The position numbers were made by a program, and so were the translations under genes. From Alphaproteobacteria bacterium (GTDB taxonomy: Bacteria > Pseudomonadota > Alphaproteobacteria > GCA-2731375), in the NCBI GenBank assembly GCA_965232515.1, contig CBDDPY010000002.1:7168001-7232000 (forward strand): a stretch of DNA of 64,000 nt. Direction: 5' to 3'. Of this stretch, positions 35,368-44,137 are shown in pieces; position 1 is the first letter of the stretch; every line of letters starts with the position of its first letter. Below the pieces are notes generated by a model. The model was not told the origin of the DNA. It saw only the letters and a program-made list of their open reading frames with translations, and searched no databases.

Positions 35368-36564
35368 ATGGTGACGGCGACGCGGGCCCGACGCAGCACT
35401 CGCGGCATGACGCTTTTTGCCCTTGGCTTCCGGCCCTTCTTTCTCGGCGCTGGCCTTTGGGCGGCGTTGGGCGTGCCTGCCTGGCTTTGGATGTTGAGTG
35501 CCGGACACGATCCGGGCGGCCCGCTGGCGCCGCTCGCTTGGCATGTCCACGAAATGATCTTCGGCTATACCAGCGCCGTAATCGCCGGTTTCGCGCTGAC
35601 GGCGATCCCGAACTGGACCGGCCGGCTACCTGTCGCGGGTCCGCCGTTGGCGGCGCTGTTCGGCCTTTGGCTTGCCGGCCGCGCCGCGCTGGCCGCGCCG
35701 TGGCTTGGCCATCCGTTCGCCGCCGCCGTCGACGCGGCGTTTCTGTTCGTGCTGGCCGGTGTCGCCTGGCGCGAAATCGCCGCCGGCGGCAACTGGCGGA
35801 ACCTGCCGGTCTGCCTGCTGATCACGCTGATCGCCGTCGCCAATGCCGGTTTTCACGCTGGGGTCGCAGCGGGATGGGACGACGGCGTGGCGGTCAGAGC
35901 GGCGCTGGCGACGATCGTCATGCTGATCGGCCTGATCGGCGGCCGTATCACGCCGAGCTTCACACGGAACTGGATGGCGAAGCGGCAGCCAAGCCGCCTG
36001 CCGGCGCCGGTCAGCCGTTTCGATGGCCTTTGTCTGGCGGCGTTGGGCGCCGGGCTCGTGGCCTGGATCGTCGCGCCGGCGGCGATCTCCGTCGGCATCG
36101 GTCTCTTGGCCATCGGCATCCTGCACATTCTGCGCCTGGCGCGTTGGCGAGGCTGGGCGACCGCGGCAGAGCCCTTGGTGCTGGTGCTCCATGTCGGCTA
36201 TCTCTGGCTGCCGGCGTCGATGATCCTTCTGGGGCTATCGGCGTTGCCGGGCACCGGAATCGATGCATCTTCGGCCCTGCATGCCGTCACGGCGGGCCTG
36301 ATCGGGACGATGACGCTGGCGGTGATGACGCGTGCCACCCTCGGCCATTCCGGCCGGGCGCTGACCGCCGGGCCCGCGACCGTCTCCATCTACGGTCTGG
36401 TGACCGGTGGCGCGATCCTGCGCGTGGCCGCGTCCTATCTGCCGGTCGACTATCTGACGACGGTCGGGTTCGCGGGCGCCCTTTGGAGTGTGGGCTTCGC
36501 CCTGTTCGTCATCGTTTACGGACCGATGCTGCTGTTTCGCCGCCCGGCGCGGTCCGCGGCCTAG
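35368..36564 (+). CDS. nnrS: NnrS haem-copper membrane protein (NO stress)
   Basis: GFRPFFL, WHVHEM.FG, LTAIPNWTG, GGRI.P.FT.N and MTRATLGHSGR. Confidence 0.93.
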   Translation: MVTATRARRSTRGMTLFALGFRPFFLGAGLWAALGVPAWLWMLSAGHDPGGPLAPLAWHVHEMIFGYTSAVIAGFALTAIPNWTGRLPVAGPPLAALFGLWLAGRAALAAPWLGHPFAAAVDAAFLFVLAGVAWREIAAGGNWRNLPVCLLITLIAVANAGFHAGVAAGWDDGVAVRAALATIVMLIGLIGGRITPSFTRNWMAKRQPSRLPAPVSRFDGLCLAALGAGLVAWIVAPAAISVGIGLLAIGILHILRLARWRGWATAAEPLVLVLHVGYLWLPASMILLGLSALPGTGIDASSALHAVTAGLIGTMTLAVMTRATLGHSGRALTAGPATVSIYGLVTGGAILRVAASYLPVDYLTTVGFAGALWSVGFALFVIVYGPMLLFRRPARSAA

Positions 36565-36580
36565 CGTCAAGCGGCCGGCG

Positions 36581-37279
36581 TCAGATTGCGGGATCGTCGA
36601 TGAGGGGATTGGGCTTCGCCAGAACTTCGAGGTCGGTCAGGTTCGATAACTCGATCTCGGCGCCGTTCACGACCACGCCGTAGGGCCTCAGCGTGCCGAA
36701 GGCGCGGGACAGATTCTCCGGAGTCATGCCCAGGCGGCCGGCCAGCGTCCGCTTGTCGGTCTCCAGGGTCAGGCGGCCGCCGCTGCCCTGGTTTGCGTGC
36801 AGACGAATCAGGTAGTTCGCCAGACGCTCGGCGCCCGAGCGCAGCTTCAGGTCCTTCTGCGCCTTGACGACCGCTCGATAACAGGACGCGAGCTCGAGAA
36901 TGATCGCGCGGTCGAAGTCCGCGTCGCGCTCCATCACGCCCCGGATGTCCTCGGCGGGAATCAGCAGGATGCGCGATTTCTCCAGCGTCCGCGCCGACAT
37001 CAGATAGGGGGCGTCCTTCAGGACGGCGGCCAGGATGAAGGTCGACACCGGCTTGACGACAGCCATCGTCGTCTCGCGGCCATTCGATTGAGCGAACAGC
37101 TCGACGATGCCTTCGACGACGACATGCAGGAAATCCGCCGTTTCGCCCTCGGTGATCAGCTGCACCTGCGGCGGGAAGGTCTGCAGGTAGGCGACGCGCA
37201 TCAGGTCGGCGAAATTCGCCGCGTCCATGCCGGCAAACAACGGCAGGGTCCTGACGTCCTGCTGGTCCTCCTGGCGCAT
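36581..37279 (-). CDS. Crp/Fnr regulator without an Fe-S Cys motif (NarR/FtrB-like)
   Basis: cNMP-like domain, ERLANYL and HTH LGMTPENLSR; divergent from narK. Confidence 0.85.
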   Translation of the reverse strand: MRQEDQQDVRTLPLFAGMDAANFADLMRVAYLQTFPPQVQLITEGETADFLHVVVEGIVELFAQSNGRETTMAVVKPVSTFILAAVLKDAPYLMSARTLEKSRILLIPAEDIRGVMERDADFDRAIILELASCYRAVVKAQKDLKLRSGAERLANYLIRLHANQGSGGRLTLETDKRTLAGRLGMTPENLSRAFGTLRPYGVVVNGAEIELSNLTDLEVLAKPNPLIDDPAI

Positions 37280-37321
37280 CGCCGATCCTTGTCCCGACTC
37301 GACGGCATTTGAACCCGCGGC

Positions 37322-37335
37322 TTGATAATTATCAA
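37322..37335. promoter_or_regulatory. FNR box (perfect palindrome)
   Basis: TTGATAATTATCAA (16-bp palindrome including the flanking C/G). Confidence 0.88.
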
Positions 37336-37435
37336 GTCGAGATGGGCAAACCGTTGCGCGGCGTGCTGCGGCAGTCAAGCGGCCCCGGCAAGTGCTTGGG
37401 ATCGCGGTTTATTTCGCGCGTTCCCGCGGCGGGAA

Positions 37436-37449
37436 TTGACTTCAGTCAA
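37436..37449. promoter_or_regulatory. FNR/FixK-type box (narK-proximal)
   Basis: TTGACTTCAGTCAA. Confidence 0.82.
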
Positions 37450-37534
37450 GCGAATCCGTGCGTTCGGCCCCAATGCTCTCGGTCGAGATACGCGGTTTTC
37501 GACAAGCCGCCAGCTGCGAACGGGGGTGGGAGAT

Positions 37535-38935
37535 ATGCAACACCTGCACGAGGTCACGCGGGCGCAACAGAACAAAGTGCTCGGCATGAGCACGCTGGCC
37601 TTCACGGTCTGCTTCGCCGTCTGGACGATCTTCTCGATCATCGGCGTGCGCATCAAACAGGATCTGGGCCTGAGCGACACGGAGTTCGGGCTGCTGGTGG
37701 GAACGCCGATCCTGACGGGGTCGCTCAGCCGCATCTTCCTCGGCATCTGGACCGACCAGTATGGCGGGCGCATCGTCTATTTCCTGACCATGGTGCTGGC
37801 GGCGGCGGCCACGTTCCTGCTGTCCTACGCCACGACCTACGAGATGATGCTGGTCGCGGCGCTTGGCGTCGGCCTGGCGGGCGGCTCGTTCGCGGTCGGC
37901 ATCGCCTACGTTTCGAAGTGGTATCCGAAGGAGAAGCAGGGCACCGCGCTCGGCATCTTCGGCGCCGGCAACGTCGGCGCGGCGGTGACCAAGTTCACCG
38001 CGCCGTTCGTGCTGGTCGCCTTCGGCTGGCAGATGGTGGCCCAGGTCTGGGCCGTTGGGCTGGTGATCATGGCCGTCGTCTTCTGGTTCACCACCGAGGA
38101 CGATCCGGAGCTCGCCTCGCGCAAGCAGCGCGGCGAGCGGGCCCGCGGCGCCTTCCTGCAGATCGAGCCATTGAAGTACCAGCAGGTCTGGCGGTTCGCG
38201 ATCTACTACTTCTTCGTCTTCGGCGCCTTCGTCGCGCTGGCGCTGTGGCTGCCGCGGTATCTGGTCGGCGTCTACGATCTCGACATCAAGACGGCCGGCG
38301 TGCTGGCGGCGTTCTATTCGGTGCCGGCCTCGATCTTCCGCGCCTATGGCGGTTATCTCTCCGACAAGTACGGCGCCCGGACGATCATGTATTGGACCTT
38401 CGGGGTCTCGGCGCTGTGCTGCTTCCTGCTTTCCTATCCGGACACGCAGTATGTCGTGAAAGGTATCTCGGGGCCGATCAGCTTCGAGATCGGCATGGGC
38501 CTGATACCGTTCGTGGCGCTGGTCTTCATCCTCGGCTTCTTCATGAGCCTGGGCAAGGCCGCGGTCTACAAGCACATCCCGGTCTACTACCCCGATCACG
38601 TCGGCTCGGTCGGCGGTCTGGTCGGCATGATCGGCGGCCTGGGCGGCTTCGTCCTGCCGATCGCCTTCGGCGCCATGAACGACCTGACCGGCGTCTGGAC
38701 CAGTTGCTTCATGCTGCTGTTCCTGCTGGTCGCCGTGGCCGTGGTCTGGATGCACTTCGCCATCCTGCGCATGGAGAAGCGCGCCGCCGCCGAGCAACTG
38801 GCGAGCCTGCCGCAACTGCCCGAACTGGCGCATGTGCACGGGCCCGAGCACGAGGGCGCGCTCGGTCCGGGCGGCGGCCAAGCGGAAGCGACGGACCGCG
38901 CCATGCAATCCGGCGAAATGAAGCCGGCGCAATAA
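37535..38935 (+). CDS. narK: NarK1-type nitrate/proton symporter (MFS)
   Basis: NNP signature GLAGGSFAVG...GIFGAGN.G and 12 TM; ATG 37535 with GGGAG RBS. Confidence 0.92.
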   Translation: MQHLHEVTRAQQNKVLGMSTLAFTVCFAVWTIFSIIGVRIKQDLGLSDTEFGLLVGTPILTGSLSRIFLGIWTDQYGGRIVYFLTMVLAAAATFLLSYATTYEMMLVAALGVGLAGGSFAVGIAYVSKWYPKEKQGTALGIFGAGNVGAAVTKFTAPFVLVAFGWQMVAQVWAVGLVIMAVVFWFTTEDDPELASRKQRGERARGAFLQIEPLKYQQVWRFAIYYFFVFGAFVALALWLPRYLVGVYDLDIKTAGVLAAFYSVPASIFRAYGGYLSDKYGARTIMYWTFGVSALCCFLLSYPDTQYVVKGISGPISFEIGMGLIPFVALVFILGFFMSLGKAAVYKHIPVYYPDHVGSVGGLVGMIGGLGGFVLPIAFGAMNDLTGVWTSCFMLLFLLVAVAVVWMHFAILRMEKRAAAEQLASLPQLPELAHVHGPEHEGALGPGGGQAEATDRAMQSGEMKPAQ

Positions 38936-38972
38936 CAGCCACCGGGGCGCCATGCCCGCAGGAGAAAGCGAA

Positions 38973-40367
38973 ATGGCAAGCATCGACGAAACCACGTTCC
39001 GCAAGGGACACACGCTGATCGAATGGCAACCCGACGACCCCGGCTTCTGGCAGGCGAACGGCCGCAGGATCGCGTCCAAGAACTTGTGGATCTCGATCCC
39101 CTGCCTGCTGCTGGCCTTCTCAGTCTGGCTGGTCTGGAGCGTGGTCGTCGCCAAGCTGCCGGCGATCGGTTTCGACTACACGACCGAGCAATTGTTCCTG
39201 CTGGCGGCGCTGCCGGGCCTGTCGGGCGCAACGCTCAGGATCTTCTATTCCTTCATGGTGCCGATCTTCGGCGGGCGCCTGTGGACCAGTTTGTCGACGG
39301 CCTCGCTGCTGGTGCCGGCTGTCGGCATCGGCTTCGCCGTGCAGAACCCTGACACGCCCTACGTGCTGTTCCTCGCTCTGGCGCTGCTTTGCGGATTCGG
39401 CGGCGGCAATTTCGCCTCGTCCATGGCCAACATCAGCTTCTTCTACCCCAAAACCGAGAAGGGCCACGCGCTGGCGCTCAACGCCGGGCTCGGCAACGCC
39501 GGCGTCAGCGTGATGCAATTCGTCGTGCCGCTCGTCATCACGGCGGGCGTGTTCGGCGCCATCGGCGGCGAGCCGCAGGTGACCGGCGCGGGCGATCGGC
39601 TGTGGCTGCAGAATGCGGGCTTCATCTGGGTGCCGTTTCTCATCGTCACGTCGCTCGCCGCCTGGTTCGGCATGGACGACATCGCCAGCGCCAAGGCCTC
39701 GTTCAAGGAACAGTCGATCATTTTCAAGCGGGCGCACAACTGGATCATGTGCGTGCTCTACACCGGGACTTTCGGCTCGTTCATCGGCTATTCGGCGGGC
39801 TTCCCCCTGCTGGCGAAGACCCAGTTTCCCGACGTTAACTCACTGCAGTTCGTCTTCCTCGGACCGCTCGTCGGCGCGCTCAGCCGTGCCGCCACAGGCT
39901 GGGTGTCGGACAAGTATGGCGGCGGCCGGGTCACCTTCTGGGTCTTCCTGCTGATGATCGCCGCGGTCGGCGGGGTGCTGTTCTTCCTCGGCATCAAGGA
40001 TACGCCGGGCGCCTTCTGGGGCTTCTTCGCCATGTTCATGCTGTTGTTCTTCTGCACGGGCGTCGGCAATGCGTCCACGTTCCAGATGATCCCCACGATC
40101 ATGCGGCAGGAGGTCAAGCGCCTGATGCCGGAACTGGACGAAAGCGAATTCCTGCGCCAGGCCGAGCGCGAGTCGGCCGCCATCATCGCCTTTACCTCGG
40201 CGATCGCGGCCTATGGCGCCTTCTTCATCCCCGAAGCCTACGGCACCTCGATCGAGCTGTCGGGCGGGCCGGAGTTGGCGCTCTATGCCTTCATGGCGTT
40301 TTACGGACTGTGCGTCGTCACGACCTGGTTTTTCTACACCCGGGCCAAGGCCCCGGTGCCGTGCTGA
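38973..40367 (+). CDS. narK: NarK2-type nitrate/nitrite antiporter (MFS)
   Basis: W.P.DP.FW, GFGGGNFASSMANIS and GVGNASTF; GGAGA RBS. Confidence 0.92.
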   Translation: MASIDETTFRKGHTLIEWQPDDPGFWQANGRRIASKNLWISIPCLLLAFSVWLVWSVVVAKLPAIGFDYTTEQLFLLAALPGLSGATLRIFYSFMVPIFGGRLWTSLSTASLLVPAVGIGFAVQNPDTPYVLFLALALLCGFGGGNFASSMANISFFYPKTEKGHALALNAGLGNAGVSVMQFVVPLVITAGVFGAIGGEPQVTGAGDRLWLQNAGFIWVPFLIVTSLAAWFGMDDIASAKASFKEQSIIFKRAHNWIMCVLYTGTFGSFIGYSAGFPLLAKTQFPDVNSLQFVFLGPLVGALSRAATGWVSDKYGGGRVTFWVFLLMIAAVGGVLFFLGIKDTPGAFWGFFAMFMLLFFCTGVGNASTFQMIPTIMRQEVKRLMPELDESEFLRQAERESAAIIAFTSAIAAYGAFFIPEAYGTSIELSGGPELALYAFMAFYGLCVVTTWFFYTRAKAPVPC

Positions 40368-40390
40368 CGCTGGGCTAAAGGAATATCGAT

Positions 40391-43300
40391 ATGAGCCAAC
40401 TCCTCGACCGGCTGAACTTCTTCTCCAACCGCAACATCGGCGACTTCGCCGACGGCCACGGCGTCACCACGCGCGAGGACCGGAGCTGGGAAGACGGCTA
40501 CCGCCAGCGCTGGGCGCATGACAAGGTCGTGCGCTCGACGCACGGGGCCAACTGCACCGGCTCCTGCTCCTGGAAGATCTACGTCAAAGGCGGGATCGTC
40601 ACCTGGGAGACGCAGCAGACCGACTATCCGCGCACGCGGCCTGACCTGCCGAACCACGAGCCGCGCGGCTGCTCGCGGGGCGCCAGCTACAGCTGGTACC
40701 TCTATTCGGCGAACCGGGTGAAGTACCCGCTGGTGCGTTCGCGGCTGGTCAAGCTCTGGCGCGAGGCGCGCAAGACCTTGAGCCCCGTCGCCGCCTGGGC
40801 CTCGATCGTCGAGAACCCGGCGAAGCGGGCGTCCTACACCCGCAAGCGCGGGCTCGGCGGTTTCGTGCGCTCGCACTGGGACGAGGTCAACGAGATCATC
40901 GCTGCGGCGAACGCCTACACGGCCAAGACCTACGGGCCGGATCGGGTGATCGGCTTCTCGCCGATTCCGGCCATGTCGATGGTCTCGTACGCCGCCGGCT
41001 CGCGCTATCTGTCGCTGATGGGCGGCGTCTGCATGTCGTTCTACGACTGGTACTGCGACCTGCCGCCGGCCTCGCCGCAGACCTGGGGCGAGCAGACCGA
41101 CGTGCCCGAGAGCGCCGACTGGTACAACTCCGGCTTCCTGATGCTCTGGGGCTCGAACGTGCCGCAGACCCGGACGCCGGACGCGCACTTCTATACCGAA
41201 GCCCGCTACAAGGGCACGAAGTCGGTCGTCGTCAGCCCGGACTATTCCGAGGCCGCCAAGTTTTCCGACGTCTGGCTGCATCCGAAGCAGGGCACCGACG
41301 CGGCGCTGGCCATGGCCATGGGCCATGTAATCCTGCGCGAATTCCATATCGACCGCCAGGCGGAATACTTCGAAAGCTATGCGCGGCAATACACCGACAT
41401 GCCGATGCTGGTGCGGCTGGTCAAGAAGGACGGCCACTACGTGCCCGACCGCTTGCTGCGCGCGTCCGATTTCGCGGGCGATCTCGACCAGGCCAACAAC
41501 CCGGACTGGAAGACCGTCGCCATCGACCGCAGCAGCGGCGCGACCGTGGTGCCCAACGGCTCCGTCGGTTTCCGCTGGGGCGAGGAAGGCAAGTGGAACC
41601 TCGAGCAGAAGGAGGCCGGCGGCAACGACACCGACCTGCTGCTGACGCTGATCGGCGATACGGACCGGGACGACGCGGCCGACGTCGGCTTCCCCTATTT
41701 CGGCAACCGCGAGCACGACTACTTCGAGGGCACGGACCATCCGGACGTGCTGGTGCGCAAGGTGCCGGTGAAGGCGATGACGTTGAAGGACGGCGAGGCG
41801 ATGGTGGCGACGGTCTTCGACCTCTTTGTCGCCAACTACGGTCTCGACCGCGATCTCGGCGGCCAATACGTCGCCAAGGATTATGCCGAGAACGTGCCTT
41901 ATACGCCGGCCTGGGCCGAGAAGATCACCGGCGTGCCGGCTGATCAGATCACCGCCGTCGCGCGCGAGTTCGCCCGCAACGCCGAGAAGACCAACGGCAA
42001 GTCCATGGTCATTCTCGGCGCCGGTCTGAACCACTGGTACCACATGGACATGAACTACCGGGGGATCATCAATCTCCTGGTGATGTGCGGCTGCGTCGGC
42101 CAGTCCGGCGGCGGCTGGTCGCACTATGTGGGTCAGGAAAAACTGCGCCCGCAGACGGGTTGGTTGCCGCTCGCCTTCGGGCTCGACTGGGGCCGGCCGC
42201 CGCGGCACATGAACTCGACCTCGTTCTGGTACGCGCATACGGATCAATGGCGCTACGAGGCGCTGGGCGTGGACGAGATCCTGTCGCCGACCGCGCCGGA
42301 AGGCCCGTGGGACGGCGCGCTGATCGACTACAACGTGCGCGCCGAGCGCATGGGCTGGCTGCCGTCGGCGCCGCAGCTCAAGGCCAATCCGCTGACCATC
42401 GCCAAGGCGGCCGAGCAGGCCGGCAAGGCGCCGAAGGACTATGTCGTGGATGCGCTGACGTCAGGCGACCTGCAGATGTCCTGCGAGGACCCGGACGATC
42501 CGGCCAACTGGCCGCGCAACCTGTTCGTCTGGCGCTCGAACCTGCTGGGCTCGTCCGGCAAGGGCCACGAATACTTCCTGAAGCACCTGCTCGGCACGTC
42601 GCACGGCGTCATGAACCAGGACCTGGGCGCGCAGGGCGAGGCCAAGCCGAAGGAAGTCGCCTGGCATGACGACGCGCCGGAGGGCAAGCTCGACCTGCTG
42701 GTCACGCTCGACTTCCGCATGTCCACGACCTGCGTCTATTCCGACATCGTGCTGCCGACCGCGACCTGGTACGAGAAGAACGACCTTAACACGTCGGATA
42801 TGCATCCGTTCATCCACCCGCTGACCGGCGCGGTGGACCCGGTCTGGGAATGCCGGTCGGACTGGGACATCTACAAAGGCATTGCCAAGACCTTCTCCGA
42901 GGTCGCGCCGGAGGTGCTGGGCGTCGAGCAGGACGTCGTGCTGGTGCCGATCCTGCACGACACGCCGGCGGAGATCGCGCAGGCGCTCGACGTCAAGGAC
43001 TGGAAGCGCGGCGAGATCGAGCCGCAGCCGGGCAAGACTATGCCGCAGATCGCCGTGGTCGAGCGCGACTATCCGAACCTCTACAAACGCTTCACGGCGC
43101 TCGGCCCGTTGATGGAAAAGCTTGGCAACGGCGGCAAGGGCATCACCTGGAACACCGCGCACGAGGTCGAGAACCTGGGCGCGCTGAACGGCGTCGTCAC
43201 CGAGGACGGGCCGACGAAAGGCATGCCGCGCATCGAGACCGACATCGATGCCACCGAGGTGATCCTGATGCTGGCGCCGGAGACCAATGGCGAGGTCGCG

Positions 43301-44137
43301 GTGAAGGCCTGGGAATCGCTGTCGAAGAATACCGGCCGCGACCACAGCCATCTCGCCGTGCCCAAGGAGGACGAAAAGATCCGCTTCCGCGACGTCGTCG
43401 CGCAGCCGCGCAAGATCATCTCGTCGCCGACCTGGTCCGGTCTGGAATCCGAGAAGGTCTGCTACAACGCCGGCTACACCAACGTGCACGAGCGCATTCC
43501 CTGGCGCACGCTGAGCGGCCGGCAGCAGCTCTATCAGGACCATCTCTGGATGCGGGCCTTCGGCGAGGGTTTCTGCGTCTACCGCCCGCCGGTCGACCTG
43601 AAGACGGTAAAGCCGATCATCGATCAGAAGCCGAACGGCCAGGGGCAAGTGGTGCTGAACTTCATCACCCCGCACCAGAAGTGGGGCATCCACTCGACCT
43701 ATACCGACAACCTGATGATGCTGACGCTGAACCGCGGCGGGCCGGTGGTCTGGATCTCCGAGGTCGACGCCAGGAAGGCCGGCATCGAAGACAACGACTG
43801 GGTCGAGGCCTACAACGTCAACGGCGCGCTGACCGCCCGCGCGGTGGTGTCCCAGCGCATGCGCGAGGGCACGATCTTCATGTACCACGCGCAGGAGAAG
43901 ATCGTGAACACGCCGGGCTCGGAGACGACCCGGCAGCGCGGCGGCATCCACAACTCGGTGACCCGCGCCATCGTCAAGCCGACCCACATGATCGGCGGCT
44001 ACGCGCAGCAATCCTACGGCTTCAACTATTACGGCACGGTGGGCTCGAACCGCGACGAGTTCGTCATTGTCCGCAAGATGGACAAGGTCGACTGGCTCGA
44101 CCGCCCGGCGCCGGCCAGCATGGAGGCGGCAGAATGA
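40391..44137 (+). CDS. narG: Respiratory nitrate reductase alpha subunit
   Basis: RSTHGANCTGSC, SFYDWYCDLP and HYVGQEK; 1248 aa. Confidence 0.98.
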   Translation: MSQLLDRLNFFSNRNIGDFADGHGVTTREDRSWEDGYRQRWAHDKVVRSTHGANCTGSCSWKIYVKGGIVTWETQQTDYPRTRPDLPNHEPRGCSRGASYSWYLYSANRVKYPLVRSRLVKLWREARKTLSPVAAWASIVENPAKRASYTRKRGLGGFVRSHWDEVNEIIAAANAYTAKTYGPDRVIGFSPIPAMSMVSYAAGSRYLSLMGGVCMSFYDWYCDLPPASPQTWGEQTDVPESADWYNSGFLMLWGSNVPQTRTPDAHFYTEARYKGTKSVVVSPDYSEAAKFSDVWLHPKQGTDAALAMAMGHVILREFHIDRQAEYFESYARQYTDMPMLVRLVKKDGHYVPDRLLRASDFAGDLDQANNPDWKTVAIDRSSGATVVPNGSVGFRWGEEGKWNLEQKEAGGNDTDLLLTLIGDTDRDDAADVGFPYFGNREHDYFEGTDHPDVLVRKVPVKAMTLKDGEAMVATVFDLFVANYGLDRDLGGQYVAKDYAENVPYTPAWAEKITGVPADQITAVAREFARNAEKTNGKSMVILGAGLNHWYHMDMNYRGIINLLVMCGCVGQSGGGWSHYVGQEKLRPQTGWLPLAFGLDWGRPPRHMNSTSFWYAHTDQWRYEALGVDEILSPTAPEGPWDGALIDYNVRAERMGWLPSAPQLKANPLTIAKAAEQAGKAPKDYVVDALTSGDLQMSCEDPDDPANWPRNLFVWRSNLLGSSGKGHEYFLKHLLGTSHGVMNQDLGAQGEAKPKEVAWHDDAPEGKLDLLVTLDFRMSTTCVYSDIVLPTATWYEKNDLNTSDMHPFIHPLTGAVDPVWECRSDWDIYKGIAKTFSEVAPEVLGVEQDVVLVPILHDTPAEIAQALDVKDWKRGEIEPQPGKTMPQIAVVERDYPNLYKRFTALGPLMEKLGNGGKGITWNTAHEVENLGALNGVVTEDGPTKGMPRIETDIDATEVILMLAPETNGEVAVKAWESLSKNTGRDHSHLAVPKEDEKIRFRDVVAQPRKIISSPTWSGLESEKVCYNAGYTNVHERIPWRTLSGRQQLYQDHLWMRAFGEGFCVYRPPVDLKTVKPIIDQKPNGQGQVVLNFITPHQKWGIHSTYTDNLMMLTLNRGGPVVWISEVDARKAGIEDNDWVEAYNVNGALTARAVVSQRMREGTIFMYHAQEKIVNTPGSETTRQRGGIHNSVTRAIVKPTHMIGGYAQQSYGFNYYGTVGSNRDEFVIVRKMDKVDWLDRPAPASMEAAE

